This document shows positions 1 to 9,964 of a stretch of 64,000 bases of DNA, piece after piece. Source of the stretch: Candidatus Binatia bacterium (GTDB lineage Bacteria; Desulfobacterota; Binatia; Bin18); the NCBI GenBank assembly GCA_963666315.2, contig CAXXHG010000043.1, positions 192,001-256,000 of the forward strand. Reading direction: 5' to 3'. The notes below the pieces were generated by a model that was not told the origin of the DNA, did not search any database, and saw only the letters and a program-made list of their open reading frames with translations. Made by a program: the position numbers and the translations under genes. The first letter of the stretch is position 1. Each line of letters starts with the position of its first letter.

Positions 1-430
1 CAGCCGTACAATGCAAAGGCAGACTTTCACCAATATGTGACACGATCCGTACAGCCTGATCAGGCTCAACCATGTCGATAGGGACAACTTTACCCTGCCG
101 CATGACGGTGACATAAACGGTCTCACGACACGCCTGGACCACATCCAGCATAACCGACTTTGCTTGTCGCAAGAGTCCCATATGTTGGATATAGGTCTGC
201 CCGAGCTGTAAACATTGTGTGCCCAAACGATAGTTTTCGGTCGAACGATTTTGTTCGATATAGCCGCGGGATTCCAATGTTGCTAGGATTCGGAAGACAT
301 TGTTTTTGTGTAGCGTCAGCCGTTTGCTCAGTTCGGTTACCCCAAGTTCTGCATCGGTATGGAATTGCTCAAGAACATCAAGAGCATGGGCGACTGCTTG
401 AATGATATAGTTGCTTTTTTCTCGTCGCAC
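1..430 (-). CDS. IclR family transcriptional regulator (runs off the left edge)
   Basis: Not in the ORF track; translated by hand. GTG at 430 follows AAGGAG and gives VRREKSNYIIQAVAHALDVLEQFHTDAELGVTELSKRLTLHKNNVFRILATLESRGYIEQ (IclR HTH) and ...IGESLPLHCTA (IclR effector-domain motif). Confidence 0.9.
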   Translation of the reverse strand, partial: MRREKSNYIIQAVAHALDVLEQFHTDAELGVTELSKRLTLHKNNVFRILATLESRGYIEQNRSTENYRLGTQCLQLGQTYIQHMGLLRQAKSVMLDVVQACRETVYVTVMRQGKVVPIDMVEPDQAVRIVSHIGESLPLHCTA

Positions 431-520
431 AACGAGATCTCCTTAATAGAAAAACTGTTCTAATTTAATTCGTATTCATTTGTCAACACAGTTATAAACT
501 TGGACTGTAGGAAAATTCCG

Positions 521-1285
521 GTGAGTACACATGCTCCTGTTACGGTTCTCAACCCGGACGGTCGCTTTCCCGTCGTGCTCACGTGCGAACATGCCTCGTG
601 CGCAGTGCCGACCGAATACCAAAACCTGGGGGTCAGCCCTGAACATCTCAAAAGGCACATCGGCTGGGATATCGGCGCTCGGGCGGTTGTCCAAGAAATT
701 ATACAACATATTGATTCTCCAGCAGTTTCTTCAGGTTATTCACGACTCCTGATCGACTGCAACAGAGATCTGTCCGACCATGACCTTATTATTCCAGAGA
801 GCGATGGTATACGTGTGCCCGCCAATAGGCAGGTCACAGACTCTGAGCGACAGCGCCGTATCACTGACTTCTACAACCCTTATCATGCAGCGATTGATTA
901 CGTTCTGGCTCAAAAAAAATCTCAGCCGAAAAAATCTCACCCGATCATGCTGCTGAGCGTGCATAGCTTCGCCCCTATTCTCGGTGAGAAGAAAAGACCG
1001 TTTGATTTAGGCATTCTGTTTGACCGCTATGAAGACCTTGCCCTGGAGTTCGGCCAGCGACTGAGCCACAACGGCTATCAGGTGCGTCACAATGAGCCCT
1101 ACTCCGGCTATGACGGCCTCATTTATAGTGCGGGGAGTCATGGCGAACGCAACGATTTAGTGTATCTCGAAATTGAAATGAATAACCGTTTACTATTGAA
1201 TCCGGCCGGCATTGCAGAAATGGGACAGAAGCTGAGCCAGGTGCTCAAAGACTTGTTTGCTCCACAGGAAAACCACACAGCATAA
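521..1285 (+). CDS. N-formylglutamate amidohydrolase family protein
   Basis: Motifs TCEHAS, HIGWDIGA, SRLLIDCNR, YNPYH, SVHSF, NEPYSG, EIE. Start is probably GTG 521 (track gives 500). Confidence 0.88.
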   Translation: MSTHAPVTVLNPDGRFPVVLTCEHASCAVPTEYQNLGVSPEHLKRHIGWDIGARAVVQEIIQHIDSPAVSSGYSRLLIDCNRDLSDHDLIIPESDGIRVPANRQVTDSERQRRITDFYNPYHAAIDYVLAQKKSQPKKSHPIMLLSVHSFAPILGEKKRPFDLGILFDRYEDLALEFGQRLSHNGYQVRHNEPYSGYDGLIYSAGSHGERNDLVYLEIEMNNRLLLNPAGIAEMGQKLSQVLKDLFAPQENHTA

Positions 1286-1298
1286 AAGGGGGAGAGCC

Positions 1299-2213
1299 AT
1301 GCGCATTATTCTCATTGGTCAAGCCGCGTTCGCGGAAAAAACACTCGATAAACTTTTAGATAGGGGAGAAGAAGTCCTGGCCGTGTTTTGTCCACCGGAT
1401 AAAAACGAAGGCAAGTTTGATCCGGTCAAGCAGCGCGCTATAGAACTCACCATTCCCGTCTATCAGCAAAAATCGATGAAAGGTGCAGAGATTTTGGAGA
1501 AATTCAAAGAACTCGACGCGGACCTCGCCGTTCTCGCCTTTGTAACCCAGATCGTTCCAGCACCAGTATTTAATGCCCCCAAACATGGCAGCATTTGTTT
1601 TCACCCCTCTCTGTTACCAAAATATCGCGGCGGGAGTGCGATTAACTGGACGCTGATCAACGGTGAGACCAAGACCGGGATCTCCTGGTTCTGGGTTGAC
1701 GACGGCATAGATACCGGCCCGCTCCTGGTGCAGAAAGAGGTCATAATCGGTCCGCAAGAAACAACTGGGAGCCTCTATTTCAACAAGCTGTTCCCGCTCG
1801 GTATCGAGGCGATAGACGAGGCAATAGCCCTGATTAAAGCCGGCGACCCACCACGCATTGTGCAAGACGAGTCCCGGGCAAACTACGACCCGCTGTGCCG
1901 CGATGAACACTCGGGTATTGATTGGTCCAGACCCGCTCAAGAGGTCTACGATCATATCCGTGGCTGTGATCCGCAGCCTGGCGCATCAACACTGTGGCAG
2001 GGAAAAAAGATTCGGCTGTATGACTGCGGCCTCCAAAAGTCTGGAGGCGAAGCCCCCCCTGGACAGGTCGTTGCTATTGGCGGTGGCAGTGTCAATATTG
2101 CCGTCTATGGCGGAGCCGTTGTTGCAAAAAAAATACGCGCTGAGAGCGGAAAGATTGCTGCCGATGAACTCGCCGTTCAAGTCGGCTTGCAGCTAGGTTC
2201 GCAGTTAGGCTAA
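1299..2213 (+). CDS. Formyltransferase family protein (Fmt-like / 10-formyl-THF hydrolase-like)
   Basis: MRIILIGQ start after GGGGAG; HPSLLPKYRGGSAINW and DDGIDTG motifs; Fmt C-terminal domain (IDWSRPA...IRGCDPQPGA). Confidence 0.85.
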   Translation: MRIILIGQAAFAEKTLDKLLDRGEEVLAVFCPPDKNEGKFDPVKQRAIELTIPVYQQKSMKGAEILEKFKELDADLAVLAFVTQIVPAPVFNAPKHGSICFHPSLLPKYRGGSAINWTLINGETKTGISWFWVDDGIDTGPLLVQKEVIIGPQETTGSLYFNKLFPLGIEAIDEAIALIKAGDPPRIVQDESRANYDPLCRDEHSGIDWSRPAQEVYDHIRGCDPQPGASTLWQGKKIRLYDCGLQKSGGEAPPGQVVAIGGGSVNIAVYGGAVVAKKIRAESGKIAADELAVQVGLQLGSQLG

Positions 2214-2237
2214 GCAACTCAATTTCATATCAAATGA

Positions 2238-2257
2238 GGCAGCCCGATGTGGCTGCC
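2238..2257. terminator. Hairpin between convergent genes
   Basis: GGCAGCC-cgatgt-GGCTGCC inverted repeat. Confidence 0.5.
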
Positions 2258-2274
2258 CTCTTGCTTGTATACCT

Positions 2275-2793
2275 TTACTCCGTTTCAAGTGGCTCTAGTT
2301 CGACGAGTTCAACGAGAACCTGGCCTAGGTCAACGAGATCTCCGTCAGATACATGGATTTTTGTGATCCGTGCACTGCCCTCGGCAGTCAACGCATTTTC
2401 CATCTTCATGGCTTCGAGCAGGATAAGTGTCTGTCCGGCTTCGACAGTCTCACCTTCGGCGATTTTGACTTCGAGAATTTTGCCGGGCATGGGGGAGAGA
2501 ATCTCAGGCTCAAAACTACCGCCGGCTCCGCGTTGTCGAGTACGCGATTGCTTGGGCGGCTCATGATCGAACTCGTAGGGTAGACCTGCAATCGAGACCA
2601 AACTGCGGGTTCCATCGCGAACAACATAGGCCTGTAGCGGGTTTCCATCGACTATAAGCGTCACCGCTCCATCACGGCTAGCGACAACTTGCGTGCGTCG
2701 GGATTTTCCGTTGAGAGCGACGTCGTATGTGTCACCGTCTTTATTATATTCTAGCGTCAGCTCTTCGCCGTCAGCGTATAATGTTGTTTTCAT
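2275..2793 (-). CDS. Biotin carboxyl carrier protein with N-terminal BT-like domain
   Basis: SPMPGK and EAMKME biotinylation motif; start probably ATG 2793. Confidence 0.9.
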   Translation of the reverse strand: MKTTLYADGEELTLEYNKDGDTYDVALNGKSRRTQVVASRDGAVTLIVDGNPLQAYVVRDGTRSLVSIAGLPYEFDHEPPKQSRTRQRGAGGSFEPEILSPMPGKILEVKIAEGETVEAGQTLILLEAMKMENALTAEGSARITKIHVSDGDLVDLGQVLVELVELEPLETE

Positions 2794-2822
2794 GGATGTA
2801 TTCAGTAGGACGGAACGGTCAA

Positions 2823-4322
2823 CTAGGAAGTAATTCGCCATCCGCCAAGCTGCTGCCATGGCGTCGCGGTCTGCGCTGACGGCAAGGAAGTCTCTCCAGC
2901 GCTGCCACTGCTGCTTAGACTACGATGCAAGGCAGCGGCTAACACAGCGGCAAGCGTATGCGGCTTTTCGCCGGGCTGCCAGTCTGAAAAGTAATCGGGA
3001 AGAAATGCTGTATGCGTCTCACCTGCAGTAAAGGCGGGATGATCTATGAGTTCGATCAGGAATGGTAAATTCGTGGTCGGACCGAGGATAGCGGTCTGGC
3101 GTAAGGCCCCAGCCATGCGTCTGCGGGACTGCTCACGATCCGTACCCCACGTCGAAATTTTGGCCATCAGGGGATCATAGTGTACGGGCACATCGGTCTG
3201 TGACTCCACGCCCGCGTCTACCCGTACACCGGGCCCGTGCGGTGCATGCCACGCCAAGACTTTTCCAGGCGACGGCAAAAAGCCGTGCGCAGCGTCTTCG
3301 GCATATAGGCGGCACTCTATGGCGTGCCCTGTGAGGTGGACGTCGTCCTGACTGAAGCCCAGCGACTCGCCGGCGGCAATGCGAATTTGTTCGCGCACCA
3401 GATCCAGGCCGGTCACCCATTCGGTAATCGGGTGCTCAACCTGGAGCCGAGCGTTCACCTCAAGGAAGTAAAAGTTGCCTTCAGCGTCGAGAATGAATTC
3501 CACAGTTCCGGCATTATAGTAGCCAGCAGCCTGAGCAATAGTGAGTGCTGCCATCGTCAGCTTGTTACGGAGAGACTGAGACACGGCTGGAGAAGGGGTC
3601 TCTTCTACAATTTTCTGATAGCGCCGCTGAATCGAACACTCACGCTCGCCAAGATGGACCAGATGACCAGTAGTATCTCCCAGAATCTGGACTTCGACAT
3701 GATGCGGCCGTTCGATAAAGCGCTCCACATAGACCGCGCCTTCGGCAAAGGCCGCCAGGGCTTCGCGTTGCGCCGTAGACACAGCCTCCACAAGTTCGGC
3801 TTCCTGACGCACGACACGCATGCCTTTTCCACCGCCCCCCGCCGCAGCTTTGATGAGCACAGGATAACCCAGGGATTTGACTTGTTCGTGCAAAACAGCT
3901 GGATTGGATGCTGGATTCTCAAGGGCGGGAATGACCGGAATGCCGAGCTTGGTTACCGTCTGCCGTGCGAAAATTTTATTGCCAATCGCAGACAGAGCCT
4001 CAGGGGACGGGCCAATAAAGGTCAGGCCGGCGGCGTGCACTGCACGTGCAAACGTCGCATTTTCGGAGAGAAAGCCATAACCGGGATGTATGGCGTCGGC
4101 TCCCGTCCGCTGAGCCGCAGCAAGCACCGCCTCAATATTGAGATAACTCTCACTTGCCAAGGCCGGTCCAACACACACTGCCTCATCTGCTGCATACAGA
4201 TGAGGCGAGGAACGATCCGCCTCCGAGTACACGGCGACTACAGCAATATCCATTTCGCGACACGTCCGCGCAATGCGAGTGGCAATTTCTCCTCTGTTTG
4301 CGATCAGAATTTTTTTGAACAC
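2823..4322 (-). CDS. Biotin carboxylase subunit of an acyl-CoA carboxylase
   Basis: KILIANRGEIA, HPGYGFLSEN, GGGGKGMR, ERECSIQRR, EVNARLQVEHP. Confidence 0.95.
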   Translation of the reverse strand: MFKKILIANRGEIATRIARTCREMDIAVVAVYSEADRSSPHLYAADEAVCVGPALASESYLNIEAVLAAAQRTGADAIHPGYGFLSENATFARAVHAAGLTFIGPSPEALSAIGNKIFARQTVTKLGIPVIPALENPASNPAVLHEQVKSLGYPVLIKAAAGGGGKGMRVVRQEAELVEAVSTAQREALAAFAEGAVYVERFIERPHHVEVQILGDTTGHLVHLGERECSIQRRYQKIVEETPSPAVSQSLRNKLTMAALTIAQAAGYYNAGTVEFILDAEGNFYFLEVNARLQVEHPITEWVTGLDLVREQIRIAAGESLGFSQDDVHLTGHAIECRLYAEDAAHGFLPSPGKVLAWHAPHGPGVRVDAGVESQTDVPVHYDPLMAKISTWGTDREQSRRRMAGALRQTAILGPTTNLPFLIELIDHPAFTAGETHTAFLPDYFSDWQPGEKPHTLAAVLAAALHRSLSSSGSAGETSLPSAQTATPWQQLGGWRITS

Positions 4323-4416
4323 AGACGGACCGCTTCCTCTTGCTGTCTACTTGCCATCTGCTTGAAGCAGAGTAAGACCTTGTACTTACACGTGTTCCGC
4401 CGAGGGAGGGTAGTCT

Positions 4417-5442
4417 TCATCTCGCCCCGGCATGGATCTTTTGGTATTTCCGATAGTCATAGCCAGTTGCCATGGTGAGCAGCATCTGATCCATTCCACC
4501 GGCTCGTTCTCGACGCAGAATCTTCAGACGCTCGAAAAAGTCACGAAAATCTTTATTGACCCGCACCTTCTCGTCCATATGCCGAAAGAAGAAATCGCGC
4601 AGCCGGGTGAGTGTAAAACGGAGGGCTGAAAACCGCAGTTCATTTGGAAACGTATCCCACTCAGCAAGTGTGAGAGTACGTTCAGACTGATAGCCATGGA
4701 GTAACGCGTCAAATCGGTCAATGTGATAATGGTCCTCGTGGTAACACATGGCATTCACCACTGTTGCCAGATCATAAATGAATTTACCCGAGCAAGCGGC
4801 TTCAAAGTCAAGCATGCCGGTCACTTTTCCGCCACGAAAAAGAACATTGTCAGGAAACAGGTCCCCATGAATAATGCCTTTAGGTAACTTTTCCTCTCTG
4901 TATTCTTCTTGATAGGCGATTTCGTCATCCAGGATGTGAAGAACATGCTTCAAATGGTCCGCAATACTCCCACGCAAGTCGTGGTAGAGAGTCTGCAACC
5001 GCTCAAAACTAAATCGGTTCGGAATAGACTTTTTATACTCCTGGCCAACGAGATGCAGCTGGGCGAGAGCCTGGCCGATTTTCTCTAAATGCGCACTGGT
5101 GAGCGTCTCCTCAGAGAAAGCTTTACCGGAGATATTACGATAGATTGAGACCGCTTTCTCCTGGTAGCTGCGCAAGTAGCGCCCATGTTTGTCGGTCACA
5201 GGCCGAGGGCAGGGTATCCCATGCTTACGCAAGAAGAGCAACAGGGCGAGTTCGTCCCGCACTTCTTCTTCACTCTTCACTTCATCTATTTTTAGAAAAA
5301 ACTTCCCCTTGGGGAACTCAAGATAGTAGTATGTGCTCACCGATCCGGCAGGAATGCCCTTGGCGGTTGATAGTCGTCCAAAGCCATAGTCTTTGATCAG
5401 ACCTTGGACAGTTTTTCTGTCGAGGGCTGTGTAGACCGCCAT
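4417..5442 (-). CDS. thrB: Homoserine kinase type II (APH-like)
   Basis: MAVYT N-terminus, IHGDLFPDNVLF, LDFEAA, ALRFTLTRL. Confidence 0.85.
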   Translation of the reverse strand: MAVYTALDRKTVQGLIKDYGFGRLSTAKGIPAGSVSTYYYLEFPKGKFFLKIDEVKSEEEVRDELALLLFLRKHGIPCPRPVTDKHGRYLRSYQEKAVSIYRNISGKAFSEETLTSAHLEKIGQALAQLHLVGQEYKKSIPNRFSFERLQTLYHDLRGSIADHLKHVLHILDDEIAYQEEYREEKLPKGIIHGDLFPDNVLFRGGKVTGMLDFEAACSGKFIYDLATVVNAMCYHEDHYHIDRFDALLHGYQSERTLTLAEWDTFPNELRFSALRFTLTRLRDFFFRHMDEKVRVNKDFRDFFERLKILRRERAGGMDQMLLTMATGYDYRKYQKIHAGAR

Positions 5443-5601
5443 TCCTTCTTCCCCAGATTGCTGTCTCGACCTCTGCCACCACAGACTCCTGCTGCCTGTA
5501 TTGTCATACTATCGAGACAAGGGCTTTGTCAAGAAAAATTGACTGAGTGTCCATTCAGAATACAGCTCAAAAGGGCAGCACGCGGAGGGGTCTTACCGAT
5601 T

Positions 5602-6006
5602 TTATGACGCAGATTGAGTGTGGTGGATATGCGGAGTCCGAAAATGTAGAGGTACTCCCTTTTCTGCCAGTTGGCGGATAAGCGTGGTACTCACGGCGCA
5701 CAGCACATCGACCTGGAGTCCGGCATATGTTGCAGGAAACGTATTCAGTGTCTGACAGCCGCGCTCAAGCAATTTTTGCGCGCCGCGATATTGGGCGCTG
5801 GAAAGTTTGAGATACCCGACAGCAAGTTGAACCAAGCCCTGCACAAAGCGTTTCTCTTCACCGACACTCTCGTTCCAGACGGTCTCCCAGATCTCGTGCG
5901 CTTCGAAAAAATGGCCAGCGTTAAAGGCTGTCACTCCACGCACAAGAAAAGTATTCGACATGGCTTTTCTCTCTTCGTTTGCCGCGTTTGTCTGCTCATT
6001 CCTCAT
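5602..6006 (-). CDS. DUF309 family protein
   Basis: FNAGHFFEAHEIWETVW...QGLVQLAVG. Confidence 0.85.
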   Translation of the reverse strand: MRNEQTNAANEERKAMSNTFLVRGVTAFNAGHFFEAHEIWETVWNESVGEEKRFVQGLVQLAVGYLKLSSAQYRGAQKLLERGCQTLNTFPATYAGLQVDVLCAVSTTLIRQLAEKGVPLHFRTPHIHHTQSAS

Positions 6007-6009
6007 GCC

Positions 6010-6605
6010 TCATTCCTCTTGGTCACTATAGCGCTCCTCGGCCCACGGATCGCCCCGCGTATGATAGCCGCGCACCTCCCAGAATCCGCGCCGATCTTCA
6101 GCCAAGAACTCCACACCACATACCGATTTGGCGCTCTTCCAGGCATAGAGTTTGGGCACGACTAAGCGCAGCGGCCAGCCATGATCGGGGTCTATATCGT
6201 GTCCATCATGACGCTGAGCAAAAATCACATCCTCGTCTAAGAAGTCCGCCAGCGACAAATTGGTCGTATACCCGCCGTTACAATGAATCAGCACCCAGCA
6301 CGCTTCAGGATTGGGGCGGACGAGATTCACAACACGCCGAGCAGAAACGCCCTCCCACACGTTGTCCAACCGTGACCAGGTGGTCACACAGTGGAAGTCA
6401 GCCGTCAGCCGGGTTTTGGACAGTGCGCAAACTGCTGATAGTTGAGCCGAACCGGCTTTTCCACCAGCCCAAACAGGCGAAACTCCCATGTTGCGGGATC
6501 AAATCGGGGAGTTGGCCTGTAGCTCAAGACGGGGAATTTTTCAACCAGAAACTGGCCGGGTGGAACTCGGCTGCTTGGATCGTTATCCGGGGTGCTTACC
6601 ATCAT
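6010..6605 (-). pseudogene. Sulfite oxidase-like molybdopterin oxidoreductase, frameshifted near 6425
   Basis: N-terminal part RVPPGQFLVEKFPVL is in one frame; DFHCVTTWS, HGWPLRLVVPKLYAWKSAK and GFWEVRGYH are in another. One nucleotide is missing near 6424-6430. Confidence 0.85.
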
Positions 6606-6661
6606 CGACGCCCTCTTTCGGGCGTTCTAGTGTGTTTGAGAGGCTTTGACAAGAGGGTTTT

Positions 6662-8008
6662 TCAAGTCGAAGGAGGAGACACGAGCGCAATTTTAATGTC
6701 CATGACATTTGTCCCGGTCGATCCCGGACGAAACAGGTCGCCGAGAGCGGAAAAGAATGCATAGGTATCGTTATTGCGTAAAAAGCCGGACGGGTTGAGA
6801 TGTTTCAGTCGAGCTTGCGCTATTGTTTGTCCGTCAGCAAACGCGCCTGCCGCATCAGTCGGACCGTCGATCCCGTCTGTTCCTGCACTGAGAAGAGTCC
6901 AGCCCTTTTCTCCTTGGAGTTCTTGCGCAACAACGAGCGCAAATTCTTGATTGCGCCCGCCTTTTCCGTTGCCGCGGACCTGGACCGTAGTTTCTCCACC
7001 GGCAAGGACGCAGGTTGGAGCGGAACAGGTATGCAGCACCGAGCGTAGCGTTGCAGCAAATTCGCGAGCTACTTGGGTTGTCTCGCCGGCAAGCCCATGC
7101 GAAAGAAGACGGGATCGCATGCCACTTTGTTCTGCCGTGTTTTCGGCAGTTCGCAGCGCAACACGGTTCGATCCGATTAAAATATTATGTACCCGAGCAA
7201 ACATCGGATCACCAGGTTTTGGTGTGTCGGGCACTGCTCCACGGAGTCCCTGCCGCAGATATGAGCGAACTGAGACAGGCAGTTGCATTTCAATTCGATA
7301 GTGTTCGATCTCCTGCCACACATCTGCAAATGTGGTGGGGTCAGGCACAGTCGGACCAGAGCCAATCACACTCAGATCATCACCAATGACGTCTGAGAGT
7401 ATCAAACTCACCACAGTAGCCGGCTGTGCATAGTACGCGAGCCAGCCGCCTTTGATCTGAGACAGGTGTTTGCGCACCGTATTGATGGCGCGAATATCAG
7501 CCCCACAAGCGAGCAAGACCTGATTGGCGTGTTTCTTATCGGCAAGCGTCATCCTTGGGGCTGGACTCACCAACAAACTCGACGCACCACCAGTCAAACA
7601 AAAGAGCACCAGGTCTTGAGGCTGCATCTGCGAAAGGCTGTTGACAAGCGCTTCTGTCCCGGCCAGGCTGCCCTGCCCAGGGAGTGGATGCTCGCCCTGT
7701 ATGACGGTAATCCCCGGCAGTCTGAGCGTCTGCTCGCTGGGGATAATAATACTCCCGCCAGCGATCCGATCCCCGAGCAAGGACATCAAGGCTGCGGCCA
7801 TGGGTCCTGCCCCCTTTCCCACGCCAATCAGAAAAACACGTCCGTTCAGAGAAAAAGTGGACCGCTGGGCATGCTTTCCTTTGAGCTGAACGACGAGCGC
7901 TTCGTTGTCAATCGAGACAATATGTTGGACAAGACGGAGCGGATGTACCGCCTGCACGGAGGCGCGAAACAGCGTCGTGAGGAGGGAACGGGCGTCTCCT
8001 GTTACCAT
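6662..8008 (-). CDS. Glycerate 2-kinase (MOFRL family)
   Basis: GGASSL, RKHLSQIKGG, SDVIGDD, GGETTV, GGRNQE, GTDGIDG, TGTNVMD. Confidence 0.93.
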   Translation of the reverse strand: MVTGDARSLLTTLFRASVQAVHPLRLVQHIVSIDNEALVVQLKGKHAQRSTFSLNGRVFLIGVGKGAGPMAAALMSLLGDRIAGGSIIIPSEQTLRLPGITVIQGEHPLPGQGSLAGTEALVNSLSQMQPQDLVLFCLTGGASSLLVSPAPRMTLADKKHANQVLLACGADIRAINTVRKHLSQIKGGWLAYYAQPATVVSLILSDVIGDDLSVIGSGPTVPDPTTFADVWQEIEHYRIEMQLPVSVRSYLRQGLRGAVPDTPKPGDPMFARVHNILIGSNRVALRTAENTAEQSGMRSRLLSHGLAGETTQVAREFAATLRSVLHTCSAPTCVLAGGETTVQVRGNGKGGRNQEFALVVAQELQGEKGWTLLSAGTDGIDGPTDAAGAFADGQTIAQARLKHLNPSGFLRNNDTYAFFSALGDLFRPGSTGTNVMDIKIALVSPPST

Positions 8009-8154
8009 CTCACCACATGGCCATGGAGGATGGTGAGAGAGTTGCTCTCTCGGACCACTTCCCCCTTAAGCAGCATTGATGACACAACACGGGCGAAGAA
8101 TATGCGGTGTGTTGTGTAGCCAACAAAAATACGTGGAAAAATAGAAATCCGGCA

Positions 8155-8577
8155 TTACCCGTCGTCGTCGAGATCGACCGCGTTTGACCGCCGGGGAACA
8201 CTACCATCATCGACGCGGCGCTGGAAGCGGGCTTCTTTTTCAAGCTGCTCTTGGCACGCTACGCACAGCCGGGTGAACGGTAAGGCTTCGATCCGCGCTT
8301 GGGCGATCTCTTCTTCGCATTTTTCACACAGCCCGTATTCGCCTTCTTCGATCCGGTCTAAGGCGTCTTCTATAGCCTGGAGTTTATCCCGGTCGCGATC
8401 ACCCAGGATGAGATTAATTTCCCGATCCCGCTCCTCGCTCGCAAGATCGTAGGTGTCCATCCCTTCGTCGAGTTCGTTCTCTTTGCCCTCCCGAATTTCC
8501 TCATCGAGCTGCTGCAAGATTTGTTGCTTCTGTCGAGTCAGCGTAGTACACATCTTTTTGAGGAACGCTTTTCTCAT
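8155..8577 (-). CDS. dksA: DksA/TraR C4-type zinc finger protein
   Basis: Coiled coil with DTYDLASEE (DxxDxA) and CEKC...CVAC; ATG 8577 follows GAAGG. Confidence 0.85.
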   Translation of the reverse strand: MRKAFLKKMCTTLTRQKQQILQQLDEEIREGKENELDEGMDTYDLASEERDREINLILGDRDRDKLQAIEDALDRIEEGEYGLCEKCEEEIAQARIEALPFTRLCVACQEQLEKEARFQRRVDDGSVPRRSNAVDLDDDG

Positions 8578-8623
8578 ATCACCTTCCCTCTCACCGAAAT
8601 CAGGACGAAAAAGGAGGCACAAC

Positions 8624-9964
8624 CTAAAGGGAAGTATCAATAAAGTCAATCGCCACTGACGCCACTGGATTTTGGGTATGCGTTTCGAACAAGCAGGTTG
8701 CCCGTATATCGTAACCGTCCACACCCGTCATGCGGGCTGGAATAATCTCGCCGATATCGGCCTGACAGTTTTCCAGCAACACAATTCCATCAATGTCGGA
8801 GGCTTGTCCCTGGGTTCGTCCCCACCAACGGCCCTGATCGTCTTGACCGCCGCCTAAAACCGCCTGTTCTTTTCCCACACGAGCGAGGTTCTTTTTACGG
8901 GCAACATGAGCCTGCCGTTCCATGAACCTGTGCCAGCGGTCTTCTTTGACCTCCTCAGACACTTGGTCCGGCATGGTTCCGGCCGTCGTCCCCTCTTCTT
9001 GGGAGTAACGGAATACCCCAACGTTATCTATGCCGGCCTCCGTCACAAAATCACACAGCTGTTGCAAATCGTCTTCCTGCTCACCAGGGAAGCCTACGAT
9101 AAAGGATGAGCGTAACACTACTCCAGGAAGAGTGCTTCGAATACGATCGAGCAGTCGCCGAATCCCCTCCCCACTTTTCTCACGTCGCATACGCCGCAGC
9201 AGGGGTGTATCAAGATAATTCGGATAACAATACAGCAACCGAATCCAGGCCAGTCCGGCTATCGTACTCAGGGCCTTGAGCAAGGCGAGCAAGGTCGTTC
9301 CATCCCGGCGTTCTCGCCCATACGCCGTCAGATCTTCGGCAATCAGATTAATCTCTTTCACCCCTTGCGCGACAAGGCCCTCAGCCTCGGCAACGAGGGA
9401 AGCGATAGGTCGGCTTTCCTGCCGTCCACGGATTTTGGGAATAATACAGAAGGCGCATTTGTGATTGCAGCCCTCGGCGACCTTGAGGTACGCCGAGTAA
9501 AAGTGCGTCGTCGGGAAACGCGGGACCGTATGATCCGGCAGCACGTGAGCCGCACCGATATAGGTGACCGGACCGTCGAGCAGGCGACGCTTGTGTTCGA
9601 TAATTTCGGTGATGTGAACGAATTCGCCCGTTCCCACAAAGACGTCCACTTCCGGCAGCATGTCCCGTAACTCTCGCCCATAGCGTTGGGCTAAACAACC
9701 AGTCACAATCAGTTGTTTATGTGTACCCGCAGCCTTATAGCGAGCAAGATCCAGAATCGTCTCAATAGACTCTTCCTTGGCCTCGTTAATAAAACTACAC
9801 GTGTTGACCATCAGGACTCCGGCCTGTCCCGGGTCGAGGCTGATCGTATACCCTTACTGCGCCAGGAGCCCCAGCATCACTTCCCCGTCGACCTGGTTTT
9901 TTGGACACCCCAAATTGACCAGATAGACGGCCTTGTCTGAGGACGGATTGCGTTCAGTCGTCAT
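8624..9964 (-). pseudogene. rimO: Ribosomal protein S12 methylthiotransferase RimO, disrupted
   Basis: LGCPKNQVD, NTCSFI, GCLAQRY, CNHKCAFC and a TRAM domain. In-frame TAA at 9856-9854, and the conserved YxDxPLQH segment is absent near 9200. Confidence 0.88.

Noticed and set aside
3324-4478. Long antisense ORFs (also 41580-42353, 42502-43299, 49060-50055, 31512-32258)
   Set aside because: Shadow frames of well-supported genes on the opposite strand, with no recognisable motifs.
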